DNA from: Pirellulales bacterium
GTDB taxonomy: Bacteria; Planctomycetota; Planctomycetia; Pirellulales; JADZDJ01
Direction of reading: 5' to 3'
Length of the DNA: 64,000 nt
NCBI GenBank assembly: GCA_035656635.1
Contig: DASRSD010000039.1
Span: 2,083 to 66,082 of the forward strand
The position numbers were made by a program, and so were the translations under genes. Below, one piece after another: positions 10,337 to 19,079 of the stretch; the stretch's first letter is position 1; each line of letters opens with the position of its first letter. The notes below the pieces were generated by a model, which did no database searches, was not told the DNA's origin, and saw only the letters and a list, made by a program, of their open reading frames with translations.

Positions 10337-10411
10337 ATTTTCAAAACTCCAAACTAAGTTTTTATACACCAAGCTTTGTCAAATGATCGCGAAAACTCCG
10401 CAGCGCCAAGC

Positions 10412-11146
10412 TCAGTTGCTCAAAGGCCGCGCAAAGTTTGTCGGATGCCCGTTCAAATAGTTCTGAATGTCTTGCTGGACCCAACTACTGAACATCGGCA
10501 GTGAAACCGTCTCCGCGTGTCCATCAGCGTACAAGTAATTGGCGCAGTCCGAATGCTGCGCGGGATTGACCTCTCCCGTTATCACATTCCAGACTCTGCC
10601 GCGAACAATATCACTTGGTGCGTACCAAGTGGACGTGTGAACATGGTCGTCCGTCGCCGCACGGCCGGTGTCCGCCCCTTCGAACAAAATTATCACCGAG
10701 TGCGAGCTCAGCATTTCATTGATATTGAGCACCGCGTGGCCGTCGGGCGTCGGATACGACACATACTCATTGATCACATAGCTTGTGCCTGGCGAACCGC
10801 TGGCATCGGCCTCCACGCGTTGTGTTCCCAGCGGATCTTCTGGGCAAAGCCGCATGTTATCCACGTTTTCCAAATAAGGCGCCAACGTAAGAATCCATGA
10901 CAGCGTATTGTCAGAGTGATAAGTGTTCGTGGGATCCCCGTGATATGTCCACGGAAAGTGCCCGCGATGAACTCCGACATACTGCATGAGACCAAGACCG
11001 ATTTGGTGCAGGTTGCTTAAACATTGCAGTCGCCTGGCCGCAGCCCGGGCGCGCTGCATCGCCGGCAGCAGCAGCGCAATCAGCAAGCCGACAATGGCTA
11101 TCACGACCAACAATTCGACTAATGTAAAACCATTCCGATAGCGCAT
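10412..11146 (-). CDS. DUF1559 protein with prepilin-type N-terminal methylation motif and H-X9-DG motif
   Basis: [29 protein letters not shown] (type IV pilin-like N-terminus), [16 protein letters not shown], and C-terminal [13 protein letters not shown] (H-X9-DG). This family is expanded in Planctomycetota. Confidence 0.88.
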   Translation of the reverse strand: MRYRNGFTLVELLVVIAIVGLLIALLLPAMQRARAAARRLQCLSNLHQIGLGLMQYVGVHRGHFPWTYHGDPTNTYHSDNTLSWILTLAPYLENVDNMRLCPEDPLGTQRVEADASGSPGTSYVINEYVSYPTPDGHAVLNINEMLSSHSVIILFEGADTGRAATDDHVHTSTWYAPSDIVRGRVWNVITGEVNPAQHSDCANYLYADGHAETVSLPMFSSWVQQDIQNYLNGHPTNFARPLSN

Positions 11147-11294
11147 GGCAAAGCCTCCCTTGGCGCAGACCACAAAATAAGTCGCCATAAATGAAAGCGA
11201 TACAAAAACGGTCCCTGAGAAGCGGATCGCGTGAGCTAGCGCAGCTTAACGATTAGCTCCAGCCATTTGGCCGAGCCGTGCGTAGCTACGCCGA

Positions 11295-11924
11295 TCAAAT
11301 TAGGCCGCTCAACGGAGAATGAAACGCCACAAACAATCGCGGCGGCGGGACATCGGGTGGGAAAGAAATCGACGAGACAGCCGCTGTTGGAAGAGCAACC
11401 CACTCAACAGCATCGTTGGAGAAGGGGAAAGTAAAAATCGGTGGCGGTGGATAGGAAGTGCTCAGACCCTGCCAGTTATCGCCAGCACCGTGACATTTGA
11501 GCGCTTCGATGAGCAGCACGCCTGGCACGCGATTTACTTCATAACATGCGGTACTCACCTTAGGTTGTTGCGGCCAATATGCGGCCCATTCAATGCCTTG
11601 AGCACGGGCAGCCGCCAACGCGTAATCGGGCGGAGTAACATGATTTTCTCGAGCCCATATCAACCGTTCTTCCAATGACTTACAGCAGCAACATCGCCAA
11701 CATTGCTCGGCAGACTGGCAGCCACAGTGATGATTCATGCAAGGAAAGGGTTCCCTGCGAGATTTGCTCGCCGGCGACGTTGGCAGTGGAATGCCTAACG
11801 ACAAAATCGAATAAGAAAGGATAATCGTCCACCGAGAAGCCGCTTGTATCCGGCTGGTTTGCGGACAAAACCAATCACGTTTTCGGAACCGAACCCAGAA
11901 AGTGTGGGCCGAAACGCGTGACAT
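11295..11924 (-). CDS. hypothetical membrane-anchored Cys-rich protein
   Basis: 209-aa ORF. One TM helix (WTIILSYSILSLGIPL) is followed by CMNHHCGCQSAEQCWRCCCC, which is 8 Cys and 2 His within 20 residues. No family recognised. Confidence 0.5.
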   Translation of the reverse strand: MSRVSAHTFWVRFRKRDWFCPQTSRIQAASRWTIILSYSILSLGIPLPTSPASKSRREPFPCMNHHCGCQSAEQCWRCCCCKSLEERLIWARENHVTPPDYALAAARAQGIEWAAYWPQQPKVSTACYEVNRVPGVLLIEALKCHGAGDNWQGLSTSYPPPPIFTFPFSNDAVEWVALPTAAVSSISFPPDVPPPRLFVAFHSPLSGLI

Positions 11925-12099
11925 GTCTAAAAAACCTCTCGTCGTGCAAAATACGACAATGCGTCATAAAATACAATCCCCGTGCTTCATCACCGAATTG
12001 GCTGGAACATGCGAACACTCGCCGTGGACGAATTGCGAGGTCTCAGCTAACCTAATGCATAATGGCATTATGCCCTGTAAAAATCTCAAAGGAGATTCA

Positions 12100-12519
12100 A
12101 TGCGTAGCGACCTTTCTCGCCGCGAGTTTAACAAATTGACTACCGCTGCACTGAGCGGCATGGCGGTTGGCACATGGGCAGGTTGTTCGTCAAATACTAG
12201 CACCGCAAAGGCCGCGGCCGACATCCATTCCTGCCGTGGCCTAAACGATTGCAAAGGCCAAGGGGCTGATGGAAAGAACACCTGTGCCGGAGAGGGTACT
12301 TGCTCCACCGCCAAAGCACACGATTGCGGCCATCAGAATGACTGCAAACACCAGGGTGGTTGTGGAGAGACGCCCGGCGAAAACGATTGTAAGCAAAAAG
12401 GAAATTGCTCCGTTCCCATGCAGGGTGATATGTGGCAAAAGGCCCGCACTCGATTTGAACAACGGATGAATCAACGAGGCAAAGTAATTGGCACCGCGCC
12501 GCCGACTAAAGAAGCCTGA
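12100..12519 (+). CDS. Tat-signal lipoprotein with Cys-repeat (bufferin/DUF2282-like) region
   Basis: ATG 12100 has AGGAG 5 nt upstream. Twin-arginine motif LSRREFNKL, lipobox-like WAGC, then HSCRGLNDCKGQGADGKNTCAGEGTC..HDCGHQNDCKHQGGCGE..ENDCKQKGNC. The longest ORF (11902) overlaps the divergent gene. Confidence 0.6.
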   Translation: MRSDLSRREFNKLTTAALSGMAVGTWAGCSSNTSTAKAAADIHSCRGLNDCKGQGADGKNTCAGEGTCSTAKAHDCGHQNDCKHQGGCGETPGENDCKQKGNCSVPMQGDMWQKARTRFEQRMNQRGKVIGTAPPTKEA

Positions 12520-12548
12520 ATTGCCTACGAACTACTGCGCTTTCCCTT

Positions 12549-12618
12549 GCAGCGTGCCACGTTGCCGGAATTTATGCTTAAGGATTCCGTCAATACAGCA
12601 TCAACGTGGCACGCTTGC
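12549..12618. terminator. long imperfect hairpin between convergent genes (terminator-like, no U-tract)
   Basis: GCAGCGTGCCACGTTG (12549-12564) pairs with CAACGTGGCACGCTTGC (12602-12618). An inner stem CGGAAT/ATTCCG is also present. Confidence 0.4.
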
Positions 12619-12675
12619 GGATAAACTGCCCCCTGAGAACACGGCCTGCGGGGTTGATCTCTTCTCGATCGTCCT

Positions 12676-12981
12676 TCAAAATCCAAAACGAATGCCGAAA
12701 TGCCGTCCGGTGAGTGAAACAAAACCCGTTGGCGGAGCAACTACAATAGGAGGTGCACTGACAACCGGCAGAGTAGCAATCACCGTGGGTGCAGCGACCA
12801 CCTGTGGGTAGTAAACAACTTCGGGTCGAACAACTCTCACAGGCGGATAGCAATGGTCGACCACCACATGATGGTGATGATCCCAACCGACAACTTGTAC
12901 AGGCGTTCCGGCTTGGGCTGCACTTCCTCCGGCAACTGTCAAGCTACCAACTGCGGCAGCGATCAATAGAAAGCGTCTCAT
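12676..12981 (-). CDS. small secreted His-rich, Val/Pro-rich protein
   Basis: Signal peptide MRRFLLIAAAVGSLTVAGGSAAQA, then GWDHHHHVVVDHCYPP and a Val/Pro-rich tail. No family recognised. Confidence 0.5.
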   Translation of the reverse strand: MRRFLLIAAAVGSLTVAGGSAAQAGTPVQVVGWDHHHHVVVDHCYPPVRVVRPEVVYYPQVVAAPTVIATLPVVSAPPIVVAPPTGFVSLTGRHFGIRFGF

Positions 12982-13243
12982 GGTTCGACTCCTCTTCTGG
13001 AATTATGAATGGTCAAAGGTGATACGGCCTTGTTTTGTTTTTCAAAAATCATTCGTAAAACCAATAGTGTGACATTGCACCAGGCATGCCAAAACATTGA
13101 AAATGCAGCAAACCCTTAGGAATACGAGAATGCGCGTCACAGTTTGAAAGATTTGCCGATAGCAGTTGAATTATCTGCCATCGGTATGACAACATTTCTG
13201 TTGCTTGCTTGACTACGCTGTTTCTGAGCCATTTACCATACAA

Positions 13244-13531
13244 ATGAAGTCTGTGAATAAACATCAAACAACACCGAATACCGATCCAGCCAAGACCCAA
13301 AAAACCGTGCTGGCGATACTGACTGTAGCGCTTTTGGGTTGGGGGATATACCATGCAGTCGGCGCTTACTTTGGTGGCTTTGGCGGTGAAAACCTACAAC
13401 ACGATTTTCGTCGGTCACTCGTGGTTTTAGCATGCATGGTCGTTTTTCTCAGTATCTGGTGGGCCTTATTACTCCTGCAGAAACCTCGTAACTCCCGAAC
13501 CGAACGCCCGCATTCGACGAAGAACTTGTAG
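13244..13531 (+). CDS. small hypothetical membrane protein
   Basis: Two TM helices ([39 protein letters not shown]). Lies 20 nt upstream of the decarboxylase gene on the same strand. Confidence 0.4.
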   Translation: MKSVNKHQTTPNTDPAKTQKTVLAILTVALLGWGIYHAVGAYFGGFGGENLQHDFRRSLVVLACMVVFLSIWWALLLLQKPRNSRTERPHSTKNL

Positions 13532-13550
13532 TCGCCGGAGCAAAAAGCTA

Positions 13551-15227
13551 ATGACCAAGGGAACTGAGGCCGCACCTGGTAGCCAGTCCATAACCGGTCT
13601 TTCGATCGGCGCATATATCATTCGCCGGCTGCAAGATTACGGTGTGCGGCACGTCTTCGGAATTCCCGGAGATTATGTGCTGGGTTTTTATAAAATGCTC
13701 AGCGAGAGTCCCATTCAAACACTTAATTGCACTCGCGAAGATTGTGCCGGCTTCGCTGCTGACGCCTATGCTCGGGTGAACGGCATGGGTGCGGTGTGCG
13801 TGACCTACTGCGTGGGTGGTTTGAGCCTGTGCAATTCCATCGCTGGCGCTTACGCTGAAAAATCGCCGGTGGTGGTAATTAGCGGAGCTCCAGGGTTGGG
13901 AGAGCGGATCAATAATCCGCTACTGCACCATAAAGTTCGTGATTTCCACACTCAATCCGAAGTCTTTGAAAAGTTGTGCATCGCCGGCGCGGAATTGGAC
14001 GACACAAACGAAGCATTTCGGGAAATTGATCGCGTACTCGATGCCGCCGCACGCCACAAGCGCCCCGTCTATTTGGAATTGCCGCGCGATATGGTCGGCG
14101 TAGTGCCGGAAAAGCCACATCAATTCCGCCAGGCCGAAGCGGTTAGCAATCAAGAAGCGTTGAACGAATCGGTCGAAGAGGCAGTAAGCTGGATTTCCAG
14201 TTGCCGCAAGGCAGTGATTATCGCTGGGGTAGAAATTCACCGCTTCGGGTTACAAGACGACGTTCTGGCACTGGCCGAAAAATCGAATATTGCTGTTGCG
14301 GCCACCATGTTGGGTAAAAGTGTCGTCAGCGAAGTTCATCCTCTGTATGTGGGCCTGTATGAAGGAGCGTTGGGTCGCGAAGAAGTCACTCGCTTCGTCG
14401 AAGAAAGTGATTGCGTAATCCTGCTGGGCACGTTCATGACCGACATCAATCTCGGTATTTACACGGCGAATTTGAATCCGGCGAAGTGCGTTTACGCCAC
14501 GAGCGAGCAGCTACGGATACGACATCATCATTTTCATGGCGTGCAGTTGGGCGATTTTATTCGTGCGCTGGCAGCCCGCCACCCCACTCCACCGCAACGC
14601 GTTCTGCCTCCAAATCCTAAATTAAATAGTGAACATTTCTCCGTTCGCGTCGATGCGCCGATAACCATTCGCCGCTTGACTGAGCGGTTGAACCAGATGC
14701 TCAACGACCAAACGGTCGTGATTGCCGATATCGGCGATTCGCTCTTCGCCGCTACGGAACTGATTGTGCGGGAACGAACCGAATTCATCTCGCCGGCTTA
14801 TTACACGTCGATGGGTTTTGCCGTGCCGGCGGCACTGGGCGTGCATGTGGCACGCGCTGATCGGCGTGCCGTCGTGATTGTAGGAGATGGTGCATTCCAG
14901 ATGACTGGCATGGAGCTTTCCACGTTGGTGCGATATCGTTTTCCGACGATCATTGTTTTGCTCGATAACGGCGGCTACGGCACGGAGCGGTTTCTGCATC
15001 CACAATGTAATTTCAATGACGTCCACCCCTGGCGCTACCATAAGTTGCCCGAAGCGCTGGGAGGAGGCACAGGTTACGAAGTCCGGACAGAAGGGGAATT
15101 GGACGAGGCATTGAAGCGCGCCTGGGCTGACACGAGCGGCCCTAGCTTGATTCAAGTTCACATCGATACCGGCGACATTAGCACGGCGCTGCGACGTCTT
15201 TCGGAACGGTTGAGTAAACGAGTATGA
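13551..15227 (+). CDS. thiamine-diphosphate-dependent alpha-keto-acid decarboxylase (indolepyruvate/phenylpyruvate decarboxylase-like)
   Basis: N-terminal PYR domain ([56 protein letters not shown]). C-terminal TPP motif [14 protein letters not shown]...[11 protein letters not shown]. Confidence 0.85.
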   Translation: MTKGTEAAPGSQSITGLSIGAYIIRRLQDYGVRHVFGIPGDYVLGFYKMLSESPIQTLNCTREDCAGFAADAYARVNGMGAVCVTYCVGGLSLCNSIAGAYAEKSPVVVISGAPGLGERINNPLLHHKVRDFHTQSEVFEKLCIAGAELDDTNEAFREIDRVLDAAARHKRPVYLELPRDMVGVVPEKPHQFRQAEAVSNQEALNESVEEAVSWISSCRKAVIIAGVEIHRFGLQDDVLALAEKSNIAVAATMLGKSVVSEVHPLYVGLYEGALGREEVTRFVEESDCVILLGTFMTDINLGIYTANLNPAKCVYATSEQLRIRHHHFHGVQLGDFIRALAARHPTPPQRVLPPNPKLNSEHFSVRVDAPITIRRLTERLNQMLNDQTVVIADIGDSLFAATELIVRERTEFISPAYYTSMGFAVPAALGVHVARADRRAVVIVGDGAFQMTGMELSTLVRYRFPTIIVLLDNGGYGTERFLHPQCNFNDVHPWRYHKLPEALGGGTGYEVRTEGELDEALKRAWADTSGPSLIQVHIDTGDISTALRRLSERLSKRV

Positions 15228-15287
15228 CCTTGAGCTAGGGTTCATGCTGGGTTCCATAATCTCTGTTAGCCAACTTTTCTGTGTCTC

Positions 15288-16781
15288 TCAAGTCTCCCGA
15301 AGCGCCAAAAACCGCTCGTACGCTTCTTTCCACGCGGCAGCATTTTGCAGTTGGTATTCTTCCACTTGAAAACTTCTGCGCACAATTTCCCGCGCTTGTG
15401 CAATCGAGCCAATTTCGCTAGCGGCAACCGCCTGCATTAGCGCGTTGCCAATGGCTGTTGCTTCTACTGGCCCTGCCACCACGCGGCGCTGACAAGCATC
15501 GGCTGTCATCTGGCAGAGCTGCCGGTTTTGAGTGCCGCCGCCAACAATGTGAATCGTTTCAATTCGCCCGCCAATCAATTGCTCCAACGATTCCAACGTG
15601 CCGCGATATAGCAAAGCCAGGCTTTCCAGCGCACAGCGAATAACGGCGCCCTCGTCCGCCGGCGCAGTTTGTCCGGTCCGTTGGCAAAAGGCACGAATCG
15701 CTTCCGGCATGTCCGGCGGCGCTAAGAACGTCGGATCGTTGGGACGAATAAATGCGGCCAGCGGCTTAGCACTTCCAGCCGCTTGGGTTAAGTGTTCCCA
15801 GGAATACGTCGTGCCCGCCAAACTCCAGACCCGTCGACATTCTTGCACCAGCCACAGGCCGACAATGTTTTTCAATAACCGCGTCGTCCCGCCCACGCCC
15901 CCTTCGTTGGTGAAATTGAGGGCTAAGCACTTTTCGTTAATTACCGGCCGGGGCATCTCCACGCCCATGATGCTCCACGTGCCGGAGCTAATGTAACACC
16001 AATCGGGCCGAGCCCCGGGTTGGCTGGCCGCCGGGACGGCCATTACAGCGCTGGCGGTGTCATGCGTTCCCGGCGCTACGACTTGCACTTTGGCCAACCC
16101 TGTCGCGGCGGCGACTTGCGGCAAAAGCGGTCCAAGTTTTGTGCCAGGTTGAATGATGTTGCCTAATATCCGCGTCGGCAAACTCAAACGCTCAAACAAT
16201 TCCGTTGCCCATCCACCTTGGACCGGATTAAAAAACTGCGTGGTGGTCGCATCGGTCATTTCGTTTCCCTTGACGCCCGTCAGTAGCCAATGAAACAGGT
16301 CGGGCATCATGAGCAGCGATTCGGCCATCTCCAGAATCGCCGAGTTCTGCAATTTCATCGCCAACAGTTGATACAGTGTGTTGATCTGCATGAACTGTAA
16401 GCCGGTTTGGGCGAAAATTTCTTCCCGCGGCACTCGTGAGAAAGCGCGCTCCAACATGCCATCGGTGCGCGAATCACGGTAGCAAATCGGATTGCCTAGC
16501 AACTCGTCGCCCTTCCCCAGTAACCCGAAGTCAACGCCCCACGTATCCACGGCAATGCTAGCGACACGTTCGCCGTGCTTGGCTTTGGTGGCGCGCAATC
16601 CCGTGAGAATGTGTTGCCATAATCCCAACAAGTTCCAGTACATCCGCCCGCCGGCCGTAGTCGGGCCATTTTCGAAGCGATAAATTTCTTCCAACGTCAG
16701 ACGCTTTCCGTCGAACATTGCCGCCAAATGGCGACCGCTGGAAGCGCCTAAATCGATGGGCACAAAACACGTCGAGGGCAT
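15288..16781 (-). CDS. rhaB: rhamnulokinase (FGGY carbohydrate kinase family)
   Basis: Collinear with RhaB: VPIDLGASSGRH, DTWGVDFGLL, YRDSRT, TGLQFMQINTLYQL, LMMPDLF, TDATTTQ, THDTASAV, SSGTWS.MG, NEGG, LKNI.GLWL, IHIVGGG.QN. The start is set at the Met before STCFVPIDLG. The longest ORF runs to 16835. Confidence 0.88.
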   Translation of the reverse strand: MPSTCFVPIDLGASSGRHLAAMFDGKRLTLEEIYRFENGPTTAGGRMYWNLLGLWQHILTGLRATKAKHGERVASIAVDTWGVDFGLLGKGDELLGNPICYRDSRTDGMLERAFSRVPREEIFAQTGLQFMQINTLYQLLAMKLQNSAILEMAESLLMMPDLFHWLLTGVKGNEMTDATTTQFFNPVQGGWATELFERLSLPTRILGNIIQPGTKLGPLLPQVAAATGLAKVQVVAPGTHDTASAVMAVPAASQPGARPDWCYISSGTWSIMGVEMPRPVINEKCLALNFTNEGGVGGTTRLLKNIVGLWLVQECRRVWSLAGTTYSWEHLTQAAGSAKPLAAFIRPNDPTFLAPPDMPEAIRAFCQRTGQTAPADEGAVIRCALESLALLYRGTLESLEQLIGGRIETIHIVGGGTQNRQLCQMTADACQRRVVAGPVEATAIGNALMQAVAASEIGSIAQAREIVRRSFQVEEYQLQNAAAWKEAYERFLALRET

Positions 16782-17014
16782 GGGCAATGGCTTTCTGATA
16801 CAAATCCTGGAATTCGGAATGGGTGGCAACGGCAAGCAACATCAAACCGTGCTCGCACCGAATGCGCATCGTGTAACACAAGTTACGGCTCGTCAAGCGA
16901 TCGAAACCAAGGATATTTAAGGCTTTAAGCCGCTTTCTCAGCTTGGCCGTATCGCCAGAAAAATCTGAATAATCGGGCAAAAAACTGCCGATATTTAGCG
17001 GAAGCGACAAATAG

Positions 17015-17043
17015 TTGACTTTGGTGAGCAACATTAGTATGAT
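17015..17043 (+). promoter_or_regulatory. sigma-70-like promoter candidate for cysH
   Basis: TTGACT (17015-17020), a 17-nt spacer, then TATGAT (17038-17043). Lies 58 nt upstream of the cysH ATG in an AT-richer gap. Confidence 0.4.
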
Positions 17044-17101
17044 TTGGCGGTTCGCGGGCGATCCGCAATCGCCGGGACCATCCTTAACCCGGTGATCTAC
17101 A

Positions 17102-17929
17102 ATGACTTCTGCAACTATTCCATTCATGTCTGAACCGAGCAGTCCTGTGCCAGTTACGGCTGGGGCGTCCACTCCGGGCCGGACGCCTGCTATACCAGCG
17201 GCCTCGCAGACCGATGCCCAGCCGCTGGTGGCCACGGATGAACTGCTCGCGTTTTTGGCCGCGGAAAGCCAGAAGCTCGAATCGGCCACGCCGCAGGAAA
17301 TTGTTCGCTGGGCGGTCGAGCACTATTTTCCCAAGCTGACCATGGCCACGGCCTTCGGTCCCGAAGGCTGCGCGATCATTCACATGATTGCTCAAGTCGA
17401 ACCGCGGGTGCATGTGTTCAATCTCGAAACCGGCTACCAATTCAAAGAAACGATGGAGCTGCGCGAAAAAATCGCTCAGCGTTACGGCATCGAAGTCGAG
17501 TTCAAACGGCCCGACACCACGGTCGAAGTGTACGAGGCGCTGCACGGCGGCCCGTTGTATAAAACCAACCCCGATCAATGCTGCGCCGACCGCAAAATCA
17601 AAGTGCTGAAGGAAGCCGCCAAAGGTTGGCACGCTTGGATGAGCGGCATCCGCCGCGATCAAAGCCCCGACCGCGCCAAAGCGCCCATCGTGGGCTGGGA
17701 TAAAAAATTCAACCTGGTGAAAATCAGCCCGCTGGCAAACTGGACCAAGAAGGATATTTGGAAACTGATTACCGACGAGAACATTCCGTACAACCCATTG
17801 CATGATCAGGGCTATCCCAGCATCGGCTGCTGGCCTTGCACACGGGCTGTCATGTTCGGCGAAGACGAACGCTCCGGCCGTTGGAGCGGCTTCCAAAAAA
17901 CCGAGTGCGGGTTGCATACGAGTGAGTAA
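17102..17929 (+). CDS. cysH: adenylyl-/phosphoadenylyl-sulfate reductase, Fe-S type (assimilatory)
   Basis: PAPS_reduct core (ATAFGPEGCAIIH, NLETGYQFKET, DQCC..RKI.VL, SGIRRDQS..R). Cys-Cys plus SIGCWPCT cluster ligands, and ECGLH at the C-terminus. A roughly 60-aa Pro/Ala/Ser-rich N-terminal extension is present. Confidence 0.9.
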   Translation: MTSATIPFMSEPSSPVPVTAGASTPGRTPAIPAASQTDAQPLVATDELLAFLAAESQKLESATPQEIVRWAVEHYFPKLTMATAFGPEGCAIIHMIAQVEPRVHVFNLETGYQFKETMELREKIAQRYGIEVEFKRPDTTVEVYEALHGGPLYKTNPDQCCADRKIKVLKEAAKGWHAWMSGIRRDQSPDRAKAPIVGWDKKFNLVKISPLANWTKKDIWKLITDENIPYNPLHDQGYPSIGCWPCTRAVMFGEDERSGRWSGFQKTECGLHTSE

Positions 17930-17940
17930 GCCTGCAGCAC

Positions 17941-18000
17941 GCGGCTGGCAGCAGGCAGATTTCTGCATGCCTAGCCGCCTGCTGCCGACTGCCAGCCGCC
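17941..18000. repeat. GC-rich imperfect inverted repeat in the cysH-rrf2 gap
   Basis: GCGGCTGGCAG (17941-17951) pairs with CTGCCAGCCGC (17989-17999). Inner CAGCAGGC/GCCTGCTG pairing is also possible. Ends 10 nt before the rrf2 ATG. Confidence 0.45.
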
Positions 18001-18010
18001 TTCCAATCAA

Positions 18011-18436
18011 ATGAAATTCTCCGCCAAAACTGAATACGCTTGTCTGGCCGTGCTGGAGTTGGCCCGGGCTTACGAACAAGGCGAGCCGGTGCGCATTCGC
18101 ACCATTGCCGAGGAGCACGGCATCCCCGCGCGGTTTTTGGTGCAAATTCTGTTGCAGCTCAAAGGGGCTGGGCTGGTCAACAGCACGCGGGGAGCGGCGG
18201 GAGGCTATCAACTGATGCGGTCGCCGGAGGAAATCACTTTGGAAGAAGTGATGTCTGTGGCCGATGGCAAGGAAAGGCTGCCTAATCCGGCCGGCGCAAA
18301 ATCGCCGACCCGCCGAGCCCTGTTGAAAGCCTGGCGCGACGTGGCTCTGGCCCGGCAGGAAATGCTGCGCGACATCACCTTCGCCGACTTGGTCCAGCGT
18401 GCCGGCGGCGAAGTCGAGCAGATGTACCATATCTGA
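18011..18436 (+). CDS. Rrf2 family transcriptional regulator
   Basis: MKFSAKTEYACLAVLELA...IAEEHGIPARFLVQILLQLKGAGLVNSTRGAAGGYQL is the Rrf2 wHTH signature. No C-terminal three-Cys cluster, so it is of the CymR-like apo type. Confidence 0.9.
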   Translation: MKFSAKTEYACLAVLELARAYEQGEPVRIRTIAEEHGIPARFLVQILLQLKGAGLVNSTRGAAGGYQLMRSPEEITLEEVMSVADGKERLPNPAGAKSPTRRALLKAWRDVALARQEMLRDITFADLVQRAGGEVEQMYHI

Positions 18437-18459
18437 ATGAGCAGGTGAGCGGGTGAAGA

Positions 18460-18512
18460 GGTGATGAGGGTGTGCATCGGGCATTTTATCACCTTTGCCC
18501 GGGATTTTTTTT
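18460..18512 (+). terminator. candidate intrinsic terminator after rrf2
   Basis: Short stems (GGTGAT/ATCACC and GGGCA/TGCCC) followed by a run of eight T (18505-18512). The stems are weak. Confidence 0.35.
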
Positions 18513-18999
18513 CGCCTGACAGAATTGGATGGTTCTGTCCACGATGGGCCTGCGGCAACACGGCCGTATCGGCGGCGCGGGGAGAACGGCCGGTGACAAT
18601 CATCAGCGAATTGTGGTTCCGGAATTGGCATTTTTCGTGAGTTGTTTGTGGTTCGATCGGTCTGCGGCAGGCAGCAGGCGGCAGACGGCTGGCAGTTGGC
18701 GGTTGGCGGTTGGCTGCGACCGACAATTGGCGATCCAGTCGAGCGGTTACGGCTCTAGTCCGCTGCACGCAAAGGTGGCAACATGCGGCCGCTTATTTAA
18801 ATGCGGTGCCGCGTGGAAGTCGCCTTGATAGCGCACATGCGTACACTATAGGCGGTATCCCTGGCGATTCAAGAGCTTTTTTGGGCCACGTGCGGCCACC
18901 ATGTGCGATGAAACGATAAGCCCGCTGCAGATGCAAAAGATTCTCTGGCCAAGGGTAAAGTGCGCGCCAGAACCGTCGTAAGCGGGATGGCGCTTCCAC

Positions 19000-19079
19000 C
19001 CCCGGGCGGAGCCCGGGGCTAACGGGTCGATTGAAATTGCAAACGGAGTGTCGGTTCACTCCCGGGCGGAGTCCGGGGG
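19000..19079. repeat. two GC-rich tri-loop hairpins (CCCCGGGC-GGA-GCCCGGGG type)
   Basis: 19000-19018 ccccgggcggagcccgggg and 19061-19079 cccgggcggagtccggggg. The 14-mer GAGCCCGGGGCTAA recurs at 22462-22475. Confidence 0.6.

Noticed and set aside
12100-12519. HiPIP (high-potential iron-sulfur protein) as an explanation for the Tat-exported Cys-rich protein.
   Set aside because: HiPIPs have four Cys with a G-[YW]-C signature. This protein has ten Cys in N-D-C-K / G-x-C repeats and no such signature.
12975-13000. GGTTCGACTCC, a T-loop-like 11-mer.
   Set aside because: The flanks do not pair (CATGG / CCTCT). It is simply the start-codon region of the 12676..12981 gene on the other strand.
14622-15257. 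211-aa minus ORF.
   Set aside because: It is antisense to the 3' part of the TPP-dependent decarboxylase, which carries the GDG...NN TPP motif.
16558-17289. 243-aa minus ORF bridging the rhamnulokinase start and the cysH start.
   Set aside because: It overlaps two well-supported genes out of frame and covers the promoter-like AT-richer gap. No motif supports it. A short independent gene within 16836-17040 cannot be excluded, but it has no support.
17084-18631. 515-aa minus-strand ORF, the second-longest class in the track.
   Set aside because: It is antisense to cysH and rrf2, both of which carry strong family signatures on the plus strand. Its translation is Arg/Gly/Pro/Ala-rich low complexity, typical of antisense frames in GC-rich DNA.
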